DNA of 57,860 nt, filler included, from Sphacelaria rigidula (Eukaryota), in assembly GCA_964200075.2 (NCBI GenBank). It is 5 parts of 5 records of this genome, joined end to end, with 100 filler letters (N's around TTAATTAATTAA, not from the genome) between each part and the next. Parts side by side here need not be neighbours in the genome. Positions count along the whole stretch, not along the records: positions 1 to 11,496 come from CAXNAA020004865.1; positions 11,597 to 23,087 come from CAXNAA020004866.1; 3 more parts are not named here. The stretch is one strand, 5' to 3'. The notes below the pieces were generated by a model. It was not told the DNA's origin. It did not search any database and was given only the letters and a program-made list of their open reading frames with translations. Of the stretch, positions 1 through 11,925 are shown one piece after another; position 1 is the stretch's first letter; every line of letters starts with the position of its first letter. A program made the position numbers and the translations under genes.

Positions 1-266
1 GATCCCTCGTGGCAGCCTATTTCCTTTTACTCCTCGCACCCCCCCCCCCCCCCCCCGTCTCCGCCAGATTTGGACTTGATGAAAAAACGTTAGGTGTAGT
101 ACCGGAACTGAATAATAAACCATTCTTCGGGCAGTGGTCTACATTGTACAGAGCTACTGTACTCCCGCGCAAGCACGCTGAGTTAATTCCGCCGTATTTG
201 TTCCTCTCCCGCGTCCGCCCTTGAAAATTCTGCTGACTGCCCATCGAAAACGACTCCATTAACCAG

Positions 267-491
267 GGAGGACGACCCGGCCGGCGCTTTGCAGGCGATT
301 ATACGCGCGATGAAGGCTCGCATAGAACGCAACGAGCTGTCTTCCAATGTCGTGGATGTCGACACGGTGTCAGCAGTCGTGGCCGACCTGTCGAGTCGAG
401 AAGAGGACTTGGCCGACAGCAGCACGCAAATACAGTCCGCTTTCGTCAGACCACGACTGTACTTCGACCCCATCAGGAATACTCTTCTGCT
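267..491 (+). CDS. POLE2: Internal exon of DNA polymerase epsilon subunit B (POLE2/DPB2), N-terminal region; no other exon identified in this contig
   Basis: ccag| acceptor at 266 and |gtgagt donor at 492. The peptide LQAIIRAMKARIERNELSSNVVDVDTVSAVVADLSS...SAFVRPRLYFDPIRNTLL matches my recollection of the POLE2 N-terminus ([31 protein letters not shown]...GAFDIPRFVYNSERKKFL). Confidence 0.85.
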
Positions 492-2108
492 GTGAGTCAC
501 TGCAGAGTCACTGTAGAGTCACTGTAGAGGTGGTCTGAGGAAAGCGCACGTGATACCATTGGGTTACCGTGTGGGACAAAAGGCAGAAATTGGCTCACTC
601 GCCCAGTTGAGTCGATGCCCATGCTCATCTGCTTCTGTGTTGTCCGGACCGTTGTGTTGTATGTGTAGAACGATTACATGCGTTGTATTGTACCGTAGCG
701 TGTTCTATACTGCAAACTAGACACTCAAATTATGGTTCCACTCGGCACGATGCACTGCAATATACTCTACTGTCTTTCAGTTTGGTGTAGTGTAGGGTAG
801 GGTAGGGTAGGGTAGTTAGTGTACAGAGGGTTTTGTATATGATCGTGGGTCTTTTTCCTTCAAGGAAGGAAAAAACCTGACCCACCACTTACCCCGCAAT
901 CGGATTCGTGTGCCGTTTACCCGGAAGCTCGGCTAGACTGCCTCGCGGCAGTCATTTGGGGTGGGCGCCTCGAGATTTCGCAAGCTTTGCTCAAGGCAGC
1001 GTGGGGGTCCGACCCGCTAAAACCCCCTGTCAACTGGGTGCAGTGCACGTGCCGCCCTACTCTTGAGAGCTTCGGTCTCAGAATTTGATCGCGTTGTGCA
1101 CAGATGCAACCTCTTTTTCGCAAATCATGGCTGTACTTTGACGAACCGGCTACAGCAGAACTCTGGTGCCATACTGCCATCAGGAGAGCATCGTACCGTG
1201 GTACTCGTGGTGAAACCGAGCAAGCGCAACATACAATAATTATCTTGCACGTCATATTCCATCGTCGCCTGCTGCCATATGCGTGCATATTTGAGAAGTG
1301 CAAGTTTGTCCTGCACATGTAGCATAGCTCTTTCAACGGTGGACAAGGGTGCTGCTGTGGCGCTGAAAGAAGCCAATATTGGGTTGATGATGAGATGTAC
1401 AGTGCGTGATTCGATGAAGTGTGGGAACGATAGCCACGTAAGCAGTGGAAGTGACCTTACATGGCGTAGCTGTGTGTACGCCCTTGTGTATGGAGATTGA
1501 CATGGGCACGGACGATGACACTAGAGGAGAGATGACGGAACATCCGTCCTTTAGGAACCTCCGGAATTCTTGACGGACATTCTCGGATCCATGCGGAGGG
1601 AAAATACCCCGTGAGTATATGCATGTATGGACATGAAAAATACCGGGTATTCACGTCGAGAATGTACAAAGAAACAGATGACCGTTCGATGGTATGCGCG
1701 CTACTTTTTCTTTTCTTCGCGATGTAGGACGTCGATGTTGACGATTAACGTATCCGGTGGGGGGTGACGGGGAGTGCGGTGACGTAGCTTGTCAACCACT
1801 TCTTGAACCGAATTTTCAAGCACTCGAGATTTTCCATTACCGTTATATGCGTCCCTTGTCGATCGATGTATATATATATATACATACAGTACAATTATAT
1901 TACTCCCTCTGTCCCATAAGTAAAGGTACCTAAATTTGTACGGACCCTTAACGATGTCCGATCGTTTTTTTTTTTTATGAACTCTACGGTGTCTTTCGGG
2001 TAAAGAAAATGTGTTTCAAATTTGCAGCTCGTGTTTCAACCATGCCGCCGAACGGCTGCAAAAAAATAGCAGGGATGTGTACGGAGGACAATCCGCTCCG
2101 CGGTGCGG

Positions 2109-2490
2109 TTTTTTTTTTTCGAAACCTCACGGAGCGGAGCGGGGCGGATATCCGTATGTGTGAAAAATCACAGATTATGACTTGTCCCACTGCGGATATC
2201 CGCCAACGAAAATGTCACGGTGCGGTGCGGACTTTTTTTATATGGTACGGAGCGGATATCCGTCAGTGGGACAAGTCACGGATGTTCACTGGGCGGATAT
2301 CCGCCAATGAAAATGTCACGGATTATTGCGGAGCGGATATCCGTGGCATGGATTTTTTCACGGAGCGGATTGCCCCCCTCCGTGGAACAATCCGCACAAA
2401 CCGCGGCAATTCCCCGCGGTGCACCGTCGCAGTAATCCGTGAAACCGATACGGTTATCCGCGAAAAATGTATGGATATCCGCGGATTAAT
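2109..2490. repeat. hAT subterminal repeats (3' end of element): palindromic GCGGATATCCGC and ACGG(A/T)GCGG motifs
   Basis: Repeated copies are visible, e.g. gcggatatccgccaacgaaaatgtcacgg near 2192, which recurs near 8953. Confidence 0.85.
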
Positions 2491-3720
2491 CCAAAAAGTA
2501 CGAAAGTATAGTTGTCTTGCTTTGACTTCCAGCTGCTGGACAGGGGGTACGGCGGATTAAATAGCGCACATGTAAGGTCGAATCCCTGGAAGAAAACAAA
2601 AAGCAGTCGAGAATAATGAACAGTGCATATTTGAATTTTGAATGCCACCCTACAGGACAGGGTGACGGGTGACGGGGTGGCAGACGCGCAACAGCAGCAG
2701 CGCTAGACCCAGGACTACGGCTATCCACCACAACGAAGAGCATGGAATACATTCCTCAAGAATGACGTCAATAGCAGCACAGTAGTTTCCAACTGAAAAG
2801 GGAGATATCTACGCAGTGTTTTCGTAGTCGGGGATATTCGAAGTGTTTTCGCGTTCCACCACTAGACATTTGATCCCAAAGTTTGGGGATCTACTAGGCA
2901 TCCCCTCCACATCCCAAAATGAGATCACATCTGCGTTCGTCATTGAAAGACCTACGGGCTGACCGGTTTTCGGGGATCCTGAAACTGCCCAGCCCCACGT
3001 TTTGACCCTCGAGTATTTTTGCTCGATTGAAGCAATCCCAATCGTTCGCGTAAACAAATGAGAGAGGGCTTTTTCTTTTTGTAATTCTCACCTTTTTCTG
3101 ACAAAAATTCTAACGAAAAGCAGAACCTGGCCCTCACCCCAACGAAATGCAGACCATGTACCGTCGGGCTACAGCTGAAAATATTATTTTTTGGACCAGT
3201 GACGGTCAATAACACCCCCTGATAAACAAGGTACTTACTCCGTAACACCCCAACAACACCAGCTGAGGGTTGTGTTGTCCACACGACCTGCTTCTCTTCC
3301 CAATATCTATCGACGCCAGGACTTTTGAGCGCCAACGACGGATACCACATGCGAAAGTTCAGAATAGTACTCAAAAACAAAAATTGCCTTGATACTGAAA
3401 AATGCCGAGTACGAAACAATGACAAAAATGTCCTCCATCAGATGACAACTACTGTAGTGAGATATCTTGAAACATCCTGGTGAAAACAACCAAACAGCGA
3501 AAAACAACCACCTGTTCATGTTATATACTACGTGGTACCATGGTAGTGTACTCATTTTTTTTTTATGCGGGACGGGGGGGGTTGTAACGCAAACACGAAA
3601 TCACTCTCTTTCATCCTCGGCTCTTGTTCCGCCACGTCCTCCTTGTCCTTGTCTCATCACTCCTGAAATCTGAAAGCGCTACGCCCGGTCGCTCACAACC
3701 CACAACACTCTTCGCGGTCG

Positions 3721-6700
3721 TTAGTCAGCGAGCTCGATCACCACTTCCTTTCTAGCCCCCGAATCCTGGGCCGCAACCGCTTTTGCCTTCCCCTCCTTCT
3801 GCTTGTGGGTGGTACTTTCGAGAGAATCCTCAAGTTTCTTCATCTCCGGAATGAGATCCGGGTTGGTTCGTAGGAACATCATTTTTTCGACGAGCTCGGG
3901 TGTCGTCCGGCGACGAAGGTACGAGTACACGAACGCCAGACCCGAAAACTCCCTCTCCGACTGACAGCTGGTACTGTCGATGCAAAGGTACACGCGGGCA
4001 AGCATGGACAAGATGGGAAATTGCGCAGCTACAATGACGTTGCCGCGGGGATCGAGCCGGGCGCTTCCAGCATCATTCCAGTAGCCCAAGACGTCGAAGT
4101 CCTTGCTGTTTGCAACCGCGTATAGCTGCTGGTACTCATCCACCTCCTTGCTCAGACGATGCTGTAAAGACGGCCGATTGGTGCCGCTCGCCGTCTTGAC
4201 AGCAGATGCGGCCTCTTCCTCGAGTCGACGCCGACGCCTCTCATAGGCGCTGGTGGCGACCGCGCGCCGTTTCGCCGGTGGAGGGTCGGTGTCGGATGTC
4301 CTGGGGGCAGCGGGCTCAGCTGCCATGACCGTGTCTTCCAACTTGTCCTTTAATCTGCCCAGTGCCTCCTCGGCTTTCTTGCGGCACCCAGACCCCCCGC
4401 AGATGTTCTCCCCAAATATTTTGGTTCGAGGATCGAAAAACAAGGCCAAGTACTCCACGTCTGAATTCGGGACGCCGATCTTGCGGCGTTCGAACTCAGA
4501 GGCGATGGTGGAGAGCGCTGTCTTCACCACGTCTGTCAAGTCCCAGGTGTATACCGTTGGGCCGAGTTTGGCCTTGTCCCCCAGCTTCCCACGACTGACC
4601 CAGTCGATCGTCTCGATCTCATCTTCATCCAGCATGGCACGTACGTCGTGACAAAGGTAGACAGCGCGGCTGAGCAACCCCTCGACGCCACCTTGGATTT
4701 TAGTGACCACAATCTTCAACGGCTCCAGTACGCAACAGAGCTCCCGGAGCACCTTCCATTGCTCGGGTGAGAGACCGCGAGGAGTCATGTCCGGGCGCGT
4801 TTTGAGGAACTCCACAACCACTTCCTCCAGGATCCCCAGCCTCTCCAGAAAAGAGAAGAGGGATGTCCACCTGACAGATACGGTGGGCAGGTGATGCACG
4901 ACAGCAGCAATGAAAAATATAGAAAGTAAGAGATGAATGCTCGATACAACAATAAATGTTCCGTTCGAAATGGTACGAAAGCCGAGAGTACATACTTCGT
5001 ATCATATTATACAAATATGTATATTTTGTTGACCCAAATTGTCAAGCGGGTAGAAAATGCACATGGTTAGAAAAATAGACGGGAACTGAAAAATTGCGCA
5101 GAGCCACAATCTCTTCCGTTTGGAGCCGACAACCCAAATAGTTTGTCTTGTTTTTTTTATACTTTTGTTTGGTGAACCAACTATCTGACCTGTCTCGTGA
5201 AATATAAGTCGTCATTCTTGATAATGGCACATGGCAGTAATTCAAATCGCGACGTCGATCCTTATCGCAACCACACCAGGTCCACCCGAATTGTGTCTAC
5301 TGCACTCTACGCAACAGCGCACCTCGTGTCATTACGCGTGATGAAGGCGAGAGATCTCGGGAGCCCGGCCGCCCCCTCTGCCGGCGGGGCCGCCTCAGTC
5401 GATTCTTCGATGTCGGTGGCATCGATGCGAAACTGCTCCATCTCCTCCGTTCCTTTCGCACGCATCGAATCCTGCAAGGCGCGAAATGCGTCGCTGTTGG
5501 TGCAGGAGTGACTGAACATCCCGACCAGCGCCGCATACCGCGCAATCAGCTCCCTCCCCTCCGTGTTCACGCAGGAAGTCGCAGTGCCGTTGATGCCCGT
5601 CGCCCACATGACCGCAGAGTTGATTCTATGACAAAGGCACTGCAATGTCGGGATATCCAAAGCCTCGCAGGCGTTGATGATATTGCGCCCCTGGTCGACG
5701 GTGGCCGCAATGTACACGTCCCTCGGGCGCACTCCCGGGATGAACGACCCAAAATTGCCCATGGTCAACTGCAATGCCTCAGGAAAGGGAGTAGCAAGAC
5801 CAGAACGGGGGGAGGACAGCGTGTAAGTGCAATTCAGGAAAATAGTGGTGCATGTGTATCTACAAGTATAAATGAAAATACGCTGAGCGTTGCCTTCACA
5901 CCGCGACTCTTCGGAACAGAACAAATACAAAGTGTTGAATGGTCCACACCCTCGACAAAAAATTCCGTTCTATTGCAAAACAATGTACTGCGTACAGTAT
6001 GGAATCTACTGTCTATTGCAATAGGCGCAATAGTCGGTACTGTACGCAGTACACGTTTTGACTGTGTATCCTCTTGTCCACGATGTGGAATGATCGCCAG
6101 TACTGGGCGAAATACTCAGCTTGACTCGGCTTGAGGAGAAACTTCGTATACTCGCCCCTGACAATGACATGATACTTTGTGTTACGAAGGGATTTCGTAG
6201 GGTTTTGAGTAGAAGCGGGCGAGTCGCCCACCGGCATGACTGCATTCAAAACCTGAGGATACGCACAGACATGCCATGAACTTCAATGATCCTCACCTCT
6301 TCGATCCAGCGCTTGATGGTCACTTGCGTATGCTTGCCCCTGAACACCTTGGTCGCGAGATTGAGGTGCACGGGAACCGTCTGCTTCCCGGACCTGGTTT
6401 GTTGTATGGTAAATTCAGAATGCAAGTAAAAATGTGCATGTTTGAAACAAAAAGAACACGAAGTAACACACTTCGACAAAGAACAGCAAAGCTCACCGAT
6501 ATTGGTATTATCAAGTCTTCCCAACGTGATGCCAACGAAGCCGGGATCGAGTTTTGTTTTGTTATGTCAAGAGCTTAACATACTTTCGTGTATATCGTGC
6601 AAAATCATCAACAACAGATGGTACCCTATATTTGCCAAGCGCAAGAACAAATTCAATTTCTTTATTCGTGGAGCAAAACCAAGAATTATCTGAAAAAAAC

Positions 6701-8253
6701 GAGAGTGGAACGGATACATCTTTCAAAAGTGGAGGAAATACATACACTTTGGTGTGTGTTCAGAAGTCATCAGGCAGGGAACAGGTTCACTTACGGAATG
6801 ACGGAAACTGACGCGGTGCAGAACTCGTCGTTGCTGATGGAGGTCATGTCCATCTGCAAGCTGCAGTAAGGACCGGAGTAGCCCATCTTTTTGAGTTCGT
6901 CGCGCGCTCCTTTCAGCTTGGCGGTGAGGGAAGCCTTAGCGTTATCGTAAAGAGACGTGAGAATCCTGTCCGAAACTGCATGTGAGGTGTCGCTCGCTGC
7001 GTACTCAGGTGAAAACTCGGAAAGAAAAAGCTTGTGGCCCACGTCCTTACGGGCTTCCAGAGGCCGGCCGTCCCGTACACACCAGATGACCGACAGGCGG
7101 TCGAGACGGTCCTTGAACTGCGGTGACAGGGGCGTTTTTTCGTCAACAGGAAAAAACGCTGTGCGAGTTCAAAATACGGCAGCAGCATGAGGGGGGTAGT
7201 GGGTTGGTTGTTGTGCGGGTCAAGGTATGCAAATAGTGAGATGAAGATGAAGAGATTAAGGGACAGTGTTGATGGACATGCTAATCGGTCACAATATATA
7301 CAGCGGGGGAAAAACGTGTCCTGGCTCTTCCCGATGGGAAGATGAAGCGAGCCAGGCAGAAGCGAAGGATTCCTCTGGTCGGTCGTGATTTTGCGGAAGA
7401 TTTTCACAGAAAGGCAGAAGGCCTTCTGACTACCTTTGCTCCGAAGGCATTTTCGAGCCAACAATGTTTTCTCCCCTGAACAAGCGTACTGCGGATTCCA
7501 TTCGTTACATCAGCATTATTTTCACGATTCGGAGGTTGACACCCCCCTATTCGCATACCCCCCTATTCGCACTCAACCACCCAAAAACTGAAAATAAACC
7601 AACGATTTTTTTTATACTACACCTTTCTCCTGATCTATTTCATAATCTATTTTTTTTTGTTTATAGTCCACAAACCCGAAATATTACAAAAAAACACAAA
7701 GGTAGGATAGCGGGCAAAAATAAAGTAAGAAGGCATGCAACACACACAACAATTACTCACAAGGACCTGCAGCGGTAGCGTACGCCTGGCCTTTCTTCGC
7801 CTTCGCTTCCTTCGACTTCGTGCTCGATGCTATCGCTAGCTCGTACTCTGCCGGGTGGTTGCTCTTGAGGTGGTCGAGCAGAGGAGTAGTGCCGTTCCCC
7901 GGCACGTGCTTGTACAATCTACCGCAAATGCCCGCCTTCGGCTTCGCATTGGTTTGGCATTGAGTGTTCTGCCCCCTCTTATTCACTGGCTTGTCGAATT
8001 TGTGGAAGTATAACCACACCCCCGAGATTACCCTAGCTCCAGCGTCCACTGCCACATTGACCACCGTGCGTCGAACGCTTTCCATGGTCTTGACGGGAGG
8101 TCTGGGGGTGGGTGCAGTAGAATCGGAAGAGTTCTCACTCTCACGTGAAGGAGTAGAAGGAGGAGAATCAGAACCGGGTGTGGACCTGGACACCTCCACC
8201 TCGGCCTCTGAAGTAGGAGATTGCTCAGCACTTTGTTCGTCATTGCAATCCAT
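3721..8253 (-). CDS. hAT transposase, 5 exons: 8253-7761, 7158-6795, 6393-6297, 5768-5323, 4870-3721 (2,550 nt, 849 aa; alternative ATG at 8265)
   Basis: All introns are GT-AG with compatible phases (1,2,0,2) and no internal stop. BED zinc finger (VWLYF...C...C...LLDHLKSNH), WCVRDGRPL motif, catalytic D (SLQMDMTS), D (ATVDQGRNI), CxxH (CLCH), NDTRW, and a C-terminal dimerisation domain with the catalytic E (FPILSMLARVYLCIDSTSCQSEREFS). Confidence 0.92.
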
Positions 8254-8419
8254 GGTACCAACCATCCGAGTTCCACGCACCACCGCCAGGTTCAAATTAC
8301 GCCTTCCAGCTCGAGGCGTACGTTCGTGTGGTGTGTGTGTGTGTGTGTGTGTGTAGGTGGGTGGGTGGGTGCGCGCGCGCGCGTGTGTCCGTGCAAAGCG
8401 CGGTTTGCATGTTCACAGC

Positions 8420-8885
8420 AGAATTTCAAAACCGTATCAGCGAAGTGCTTATCCAGAACAACATTTTCATCCGTGGGATTTTGTGTTTTTTCAGCGGTTT
8501 GGTCTGAGTGATGCTACGGAGAAGGCACGGATGGAGTACGGAGTACAATTTCAGAACCATATAGGCGAATCGCTTATACAGAACGATAATTTTTATACTT
8601 CGAATTCCAAGTTATCCGGCATTCAGGACAATTTCGTCCGTGGAAATCCGTGGCTTTTCAGCGGTTTGATCTGAGATATGCTACGGAGAACACACGGATG
8701 GAGTACGGAGTGCAGACTTTCAGAACCGTATCGGCAAATTGCTTATCCAGAACAATATTTTTATACTTCGAATTCCAACTTACCCGGCATTCAGAACAAA
8801 TTCATCCGTGGAAATCCGTGTCTTTTGAGCGGTTCGATCCGTAAGTTATGCCACGGAGGACGCACGGATTACCTACGGAGTGGAT
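8420..8885. repeat. About three diverged tandem copies of a ~170-bp unit in the hAT 5' non-coding region
   Basis: Recurring blocks tttcagaaccgtat..cttatccagaac, ccgtggaaatccgtg and gctacggag..cacggatggagtacggagt. Confidence 0.8.
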
Positions 8886-8889
8886 AAAA

Positions 8890-9127
8890 CCGCACCGTAG
8901 AAAACCGTGTTTCACGGTTCCAACCGCGCAGCTGTAATCTATACGGAGCGGAGCGGATATCCGCCAACGAAAATGTCACGGTGCGGAGCGGATTTTTCGA
9001 ATATGGTACGGAGCGGAGCGGGGCGGATATCCGCCAGTGGGAGAGATCACGGATTGTCACGGTGCAGATATCCGCCCCCTACAGATGCCACGGAGCGGTG
9101 CGGATTGGCAAACCGCACCGTGATAAT
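8890..9127. repeat. hAT subterminal repeats (5' end of element)
   Basis: Same GCGGATATCCGC and ACGGAGCGG motifs as at 2109-2490. Confidence 0.85.
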
Positions 9128-9857
9128 CCGCGCCGCGGAGCGGATTGTCCTCCGTACACATCTCTGATTATTAGAGGTTTCAGATAGCTAGACCCATGCG
9201 GAGAGGCGACCTCGCCAGAGCTGGCAACCCTCCGTCGTCCCCCAACTTCCTCATTGCTGCGAAAACTTGCGGAATTAGTAGGGTAGTGTTTTTGAGAGCT
9301 GGACGTCTCCATCAGGCTAAACTTGCTGGCGCGATACTGTTGCTAGGCTTCCGGCGCGTCGACATCGAACCAAATGCAGTACTTTGTCATCGTTAAGAGC
9401 CACGGCATCGCATCTCAGGACGTCAAAGTGCACACTGGGGTATTGACCACGGGGGGCATGTCTCTACATATGACGTTGCTAACTCGCTACCCTCGCCCTC
9501 CCCGCCCATGATTCGTCTTTTGTTGTGTTGCTACAGCAGCAAGAATCGCAAGTTGCTGGTCCTAGCTCGTGATGTGGCCAATCGAGTCAACTCGTGACCA
9601 TACCATACGCGACCAAGCGAATTTTGCACTGCGCTCGTGCAATTCGAACGCCGGGGCTGCGCCGGAAATGTGCAAGTCTTGGGTCACCTTTCGACTGCTT
9701 GGCACAAGACGATGATCCCACGGAGATCGGGGGGGGGGCGAGGGGGATTGTTTCCTACGGTGGGCTGGCGATATTGGAGTAGTACCCGCATCCAACGCTT
9801 GCCTATGAGCTTATTTTATCGATGGTGTATTTGTTCGGCCTGTGCGAGTGTGTGAGT

Positions 9858-9919
9858 GTGGAGTGGAGTGGAGTGGAGTGCGATGAAGTGGAGTAGAGTG
9901 GAGTGGAGTGGAGTGGAGT
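9858..9919 (+). repeat. (GAGTG)n microsatellite
   Basis: Directly visible pentamer run. Confidence 0.9.
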
Positions 9920-10798
9920 TGTGGTCGGTTAATTCTTGGCGCATGAAAAATAACTCTACTGAATGTAGGGTCCGGACTGAGGTCATTGAGATTGTTGAAT
10001 CGTGCTCTCAGGCTTAAGGTGCGCTATAAGAGGCAGTTGGCGATCCGAACGGTTGTACTCGAGTAGAAGTGCACACAAGAGAACCCCACCATACAGTGTG
10101 TAAAGCCGAGAATGCGCACACCTCACTCGGTTCTTTCCCGCAATGCGATGGTTGGCAGACTTATTTTTGTTGCACGTTGAGCTGACGTCAACCCAAAGCC
10201 AAGGCAATGTTCCCTCGCGCACGGAGAGTATCGAGGGTAGGTTTCCCAGGCAATGTGTGCCCAGGCAAAATTCAAATGGGCGCTACGCCTAGGCAAAACT
10301 CAAATCAGCGCCGCAGGTCGACGCCGATCTGAGCTAAAACGCACACTGCTCGCGTTGACGAGTGACAAATAAACCTCTCACTCCCCTGAACATCCGCAGG
10401 TCACTGTCCACACTAGAAACTAGTATGTTTGAACCATAGATCGCAGGCGGAACTCATATATGGTGCAGTAAACGTGTCAAGATCTTTGTCTCTCGGTGTG
10501 CCGCGGCTCCCCAAGGCTGCTGTTTTTTGTTTGTGAAAAGAAGCATGATGCGCACGATGCTTTCATCGCCATGGTAGCGCCGCACGAAGAGATCGTCAAC
10601 GCCGGCCTGGTTGAGGAAATAAAAGTGTCGATCTCACTGCCTCAAGGTAGTATGAGGAGTAACGGCTAGAGTTTGTTCTGGTTAGTCCCAGTTTTTTGTT
10701 GCTGTGTCCCTTCGTTCCAACCAAGCTGTGCCAGCCAAGAATTCCTGTTGGCGGTTGAACAGTTCTCTCCTGCTCGTTAGTTTCACGATTTTTTTCCA

Positions 10799-11496
10799 GG
10801 GGCTGAAATTTTGGCGCGAGATATATACCAAAACGCGAAAAGTAGCGGAAGTCCCCCCCCCCCAAAAAAAAATATACAATGATAAAAAAATTCTGAGTAA
10901 GTAACAAGTCATAAGGCCAACTCTAATTGGAGCCGTTCAAAATTCCTGTCGAAAACTGCCTTTTGGGCCCTTCTCCGTCGATTTACGCCCGAAAGAAGGG
11001 CTAGTCGGATGTTCACGCGTTCGAATGACTTGCTCTTCTCGTTGAGACCGTTTCAGGGCAACCTTGCATTTCCCGCTGGCCACACTTTTGTTTTTGGCCA
11101 AATGAGATCAAACACGGATTTTCAGTAAAAAGCGGTCAGGTCATCAAAATTTCCCCCTGTTTTTTCATCGCTTGACCGTTTTTTGTTGAAAATCCGTGTT
11201 AGGCCAAAAATGAAAGTGCAGCCAGCGGGAAATGCAAGGTAGACCTGAAACGGCCTCAATGAGTAGAGCAAGTCATCCCAAGGCGTCAATATCCGACTAG
11301 CCCTTTTTTCGGACATAAATCGACGGAGAAGGGCCCAAAAGGCAGTTTTCGACAGGAATTTTGAACGGCTCCCATTAGAGTTGACCTCATGACTTGTTAC
11401 TTCTCAGAATTTTTCAATCATTTTATTTTGGGGGGGGGGGGGGACTTCCGCTACTTTTCGCTTTTTGATATAAATTTCGTGCAAACATTTACGCCC
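10799..11496. mobile_element. Foldback/MITE-like long inverted repeat (~340-bp arms, ~30-bp loop), truncated by the contig end
   Basis: For example gagccgttcaaaattcctgtcgaaaactgccttttgggcccttctccgtcgattta near 10931 is the exact reverse complement of sequence near 11317-11371. Confidence 0.85.
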
Positions 11497-11596
11497 NNNN
11501 NNNNNNNNNNNNNNNNNNNNNNNNNNNNNNNNNNNNNNNNTTAATTAATTAANNNNNNNNNNNNNNNNNNNNNNNNNNNNNNNNNNNNNNNNNNNN
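11497..11596. other. Artificial contig linker (N44-TTAATTAATTAA-N44)
   Basis: Identical 100-nt spacer at all four major gaps, with stop codons in all six frames. Confidence 0.97.
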
Positions 11597-11907
11597 CTGC
11601 GTTGGACTGTCTCCCCACGTGCTGTGAGCTTACGATTGTTACAAGAGTAACGGTGAGACGGTTTAGAGCTTGAGTACTTTATGAACAGATGTGAGATGAT
11701 CGACCCGCAGTAAATAGATATGAGCGAACTCGTGCACAAGTGGATGGCAGTCAAATAATGAGTAGAATGAAAGGTCCCACCCGAAATAGTGAAATTTCGT
11801 ACTCGTTGACCGAAGTTTTTGTTGTTTGCCCAGTTTCAGTGATCAACCTGCACTGTAGAGTTAAGCAAATGCCGACAACAACGGGAGACTGCCGTTTGTT
11901 TGTATCA
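11597..11907 (+). repeat. 5' LTR (3' part only)
   Basis: Near-identical to 20855-21165, ends in ...TGTATCA, and is followed directly by the PBS-like sequence. Confidence 0.88.
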
Positions 11908-11925
11908 TGATGCTTCCAACCGGGA
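11908..11925 (+). promoter_or_regulatory. Putative tRNA primer-binding site with TGA instead of TGG
   Basis: TGATGCTTCCAACCGGGA; its reverse complement TCCCGGTTGGAAGCA-(T/C)CA has the layout of a tRNA 3' end (T-stem, acceptor stem, discriminator, CCA) and the canonical 18-nt length. Confidence 0.65.

Larger units (their letters stand above)
2070..9166 (-). mobile_element. Autonomous-type hAT (Ac-like) DNA transposon, 7,097 bp
   Basis: 39-bp TIRs at 2070-2108 (CAGGGATGTGTACGGAGGACAATCCGCTCCGCGGTGCGG) and 9128-9166, with 2 mismatches; they start like the Ac TIR (CAGGGATG). Subterminal repeats at both ends and an internal hAT transposase. The 8-bp flanks AAAAATAG and ATTATTAG are not a clean TSD. 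Confidence 0.93.

Noticed and set aside
2009-2560. 183-aa ORF with repeated GADIR peptides
   Set aside because: It is the translation of the hAT subterminal repeats; the same peptides recur at 8907-9187.
7433-7475. Possible extra transposase exon (WEKTLLARKCLRSK)
   Set aside because: Exon 1 joins exon 2 in phase without it and it adds no hAT motif; it cannot be excluded as a minor isoform.
11541-11552. TTAATTAATTAA as a biological motif
   Set aside because: Identical in all four gaps and embedded in Ns, so it is a synthetic spacer.
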